Positions 63,914 through 64,000 of a DNA stretch of 64,000 bases are shown here, piece by piece. This DNA comes from Mytilus edulis (taxonomy: Eukaryota), in NCBI RefSeq assembly GCF_963676685.1, contig NC_092349.1, positions 54,622,001 to 54,686,000 on the forward strand, read 5' to 3'. Each line of letters starts with the position of its first letter. Position 1 is the first letter of the stretch. The notes under the pieces are model-generated. The model had not been told where the DNA came from. It made no database searches and worked only from the letters and a program-made list of their open reading frames with translations. The position numbers were made by a program, and so were the translations under genes.

Positions 63914-64000
63914 AGGAAAATTGGTACCGTTAATGTTATCACGTCAGGAAATCATGCCAAAACTACACATATCTTAAAAGAACATATGTCATATACGTCA

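Overview
AT-rich, repeat-dense eukaryotic DNA with spliceosomal introns, most likely a bivalve (mussel, Mytilus-like, judged from the repeat families and gene content), with one 100-N gap at 25831-25930. The host genes are a tandem TIMP cluster (last exon of one copy, one complete 5-exon gene, and the first exon of a third), a decayed CSKMT/METTL12-like methyltransferase, and the main finding: an apparently intact 13-exon, ~1018-aa RIG-I-like receptor (33300-47096). Its N-terminus has no CARDs. Instead it carries a DZIP3/hRUL138-type HEPN domain with an intact R-N-x3-H motif, a coiled coil and an I-set Ig domain, and a consensus ISRE lies upstream. This suggests a one-protein dsRNA-sensor/RNase-effector module. 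The rest is mobile DNA: a 5'-truncated L1/Tx1 LINE with a 15-bp TSD, a 4.2-kb ISL2EU/Kolobok-type element (THAP remnant plus SAP-SWIM-YqaJ gene) inserted next to an intact hammerhead ribozyme, a chromodomain-carrying transposon relic, a foldback element spanning the gap, Helentron-type satellite carriers, Penelope fragments and many MITEs. All gene models and family assignments were made by eye, without database searches.
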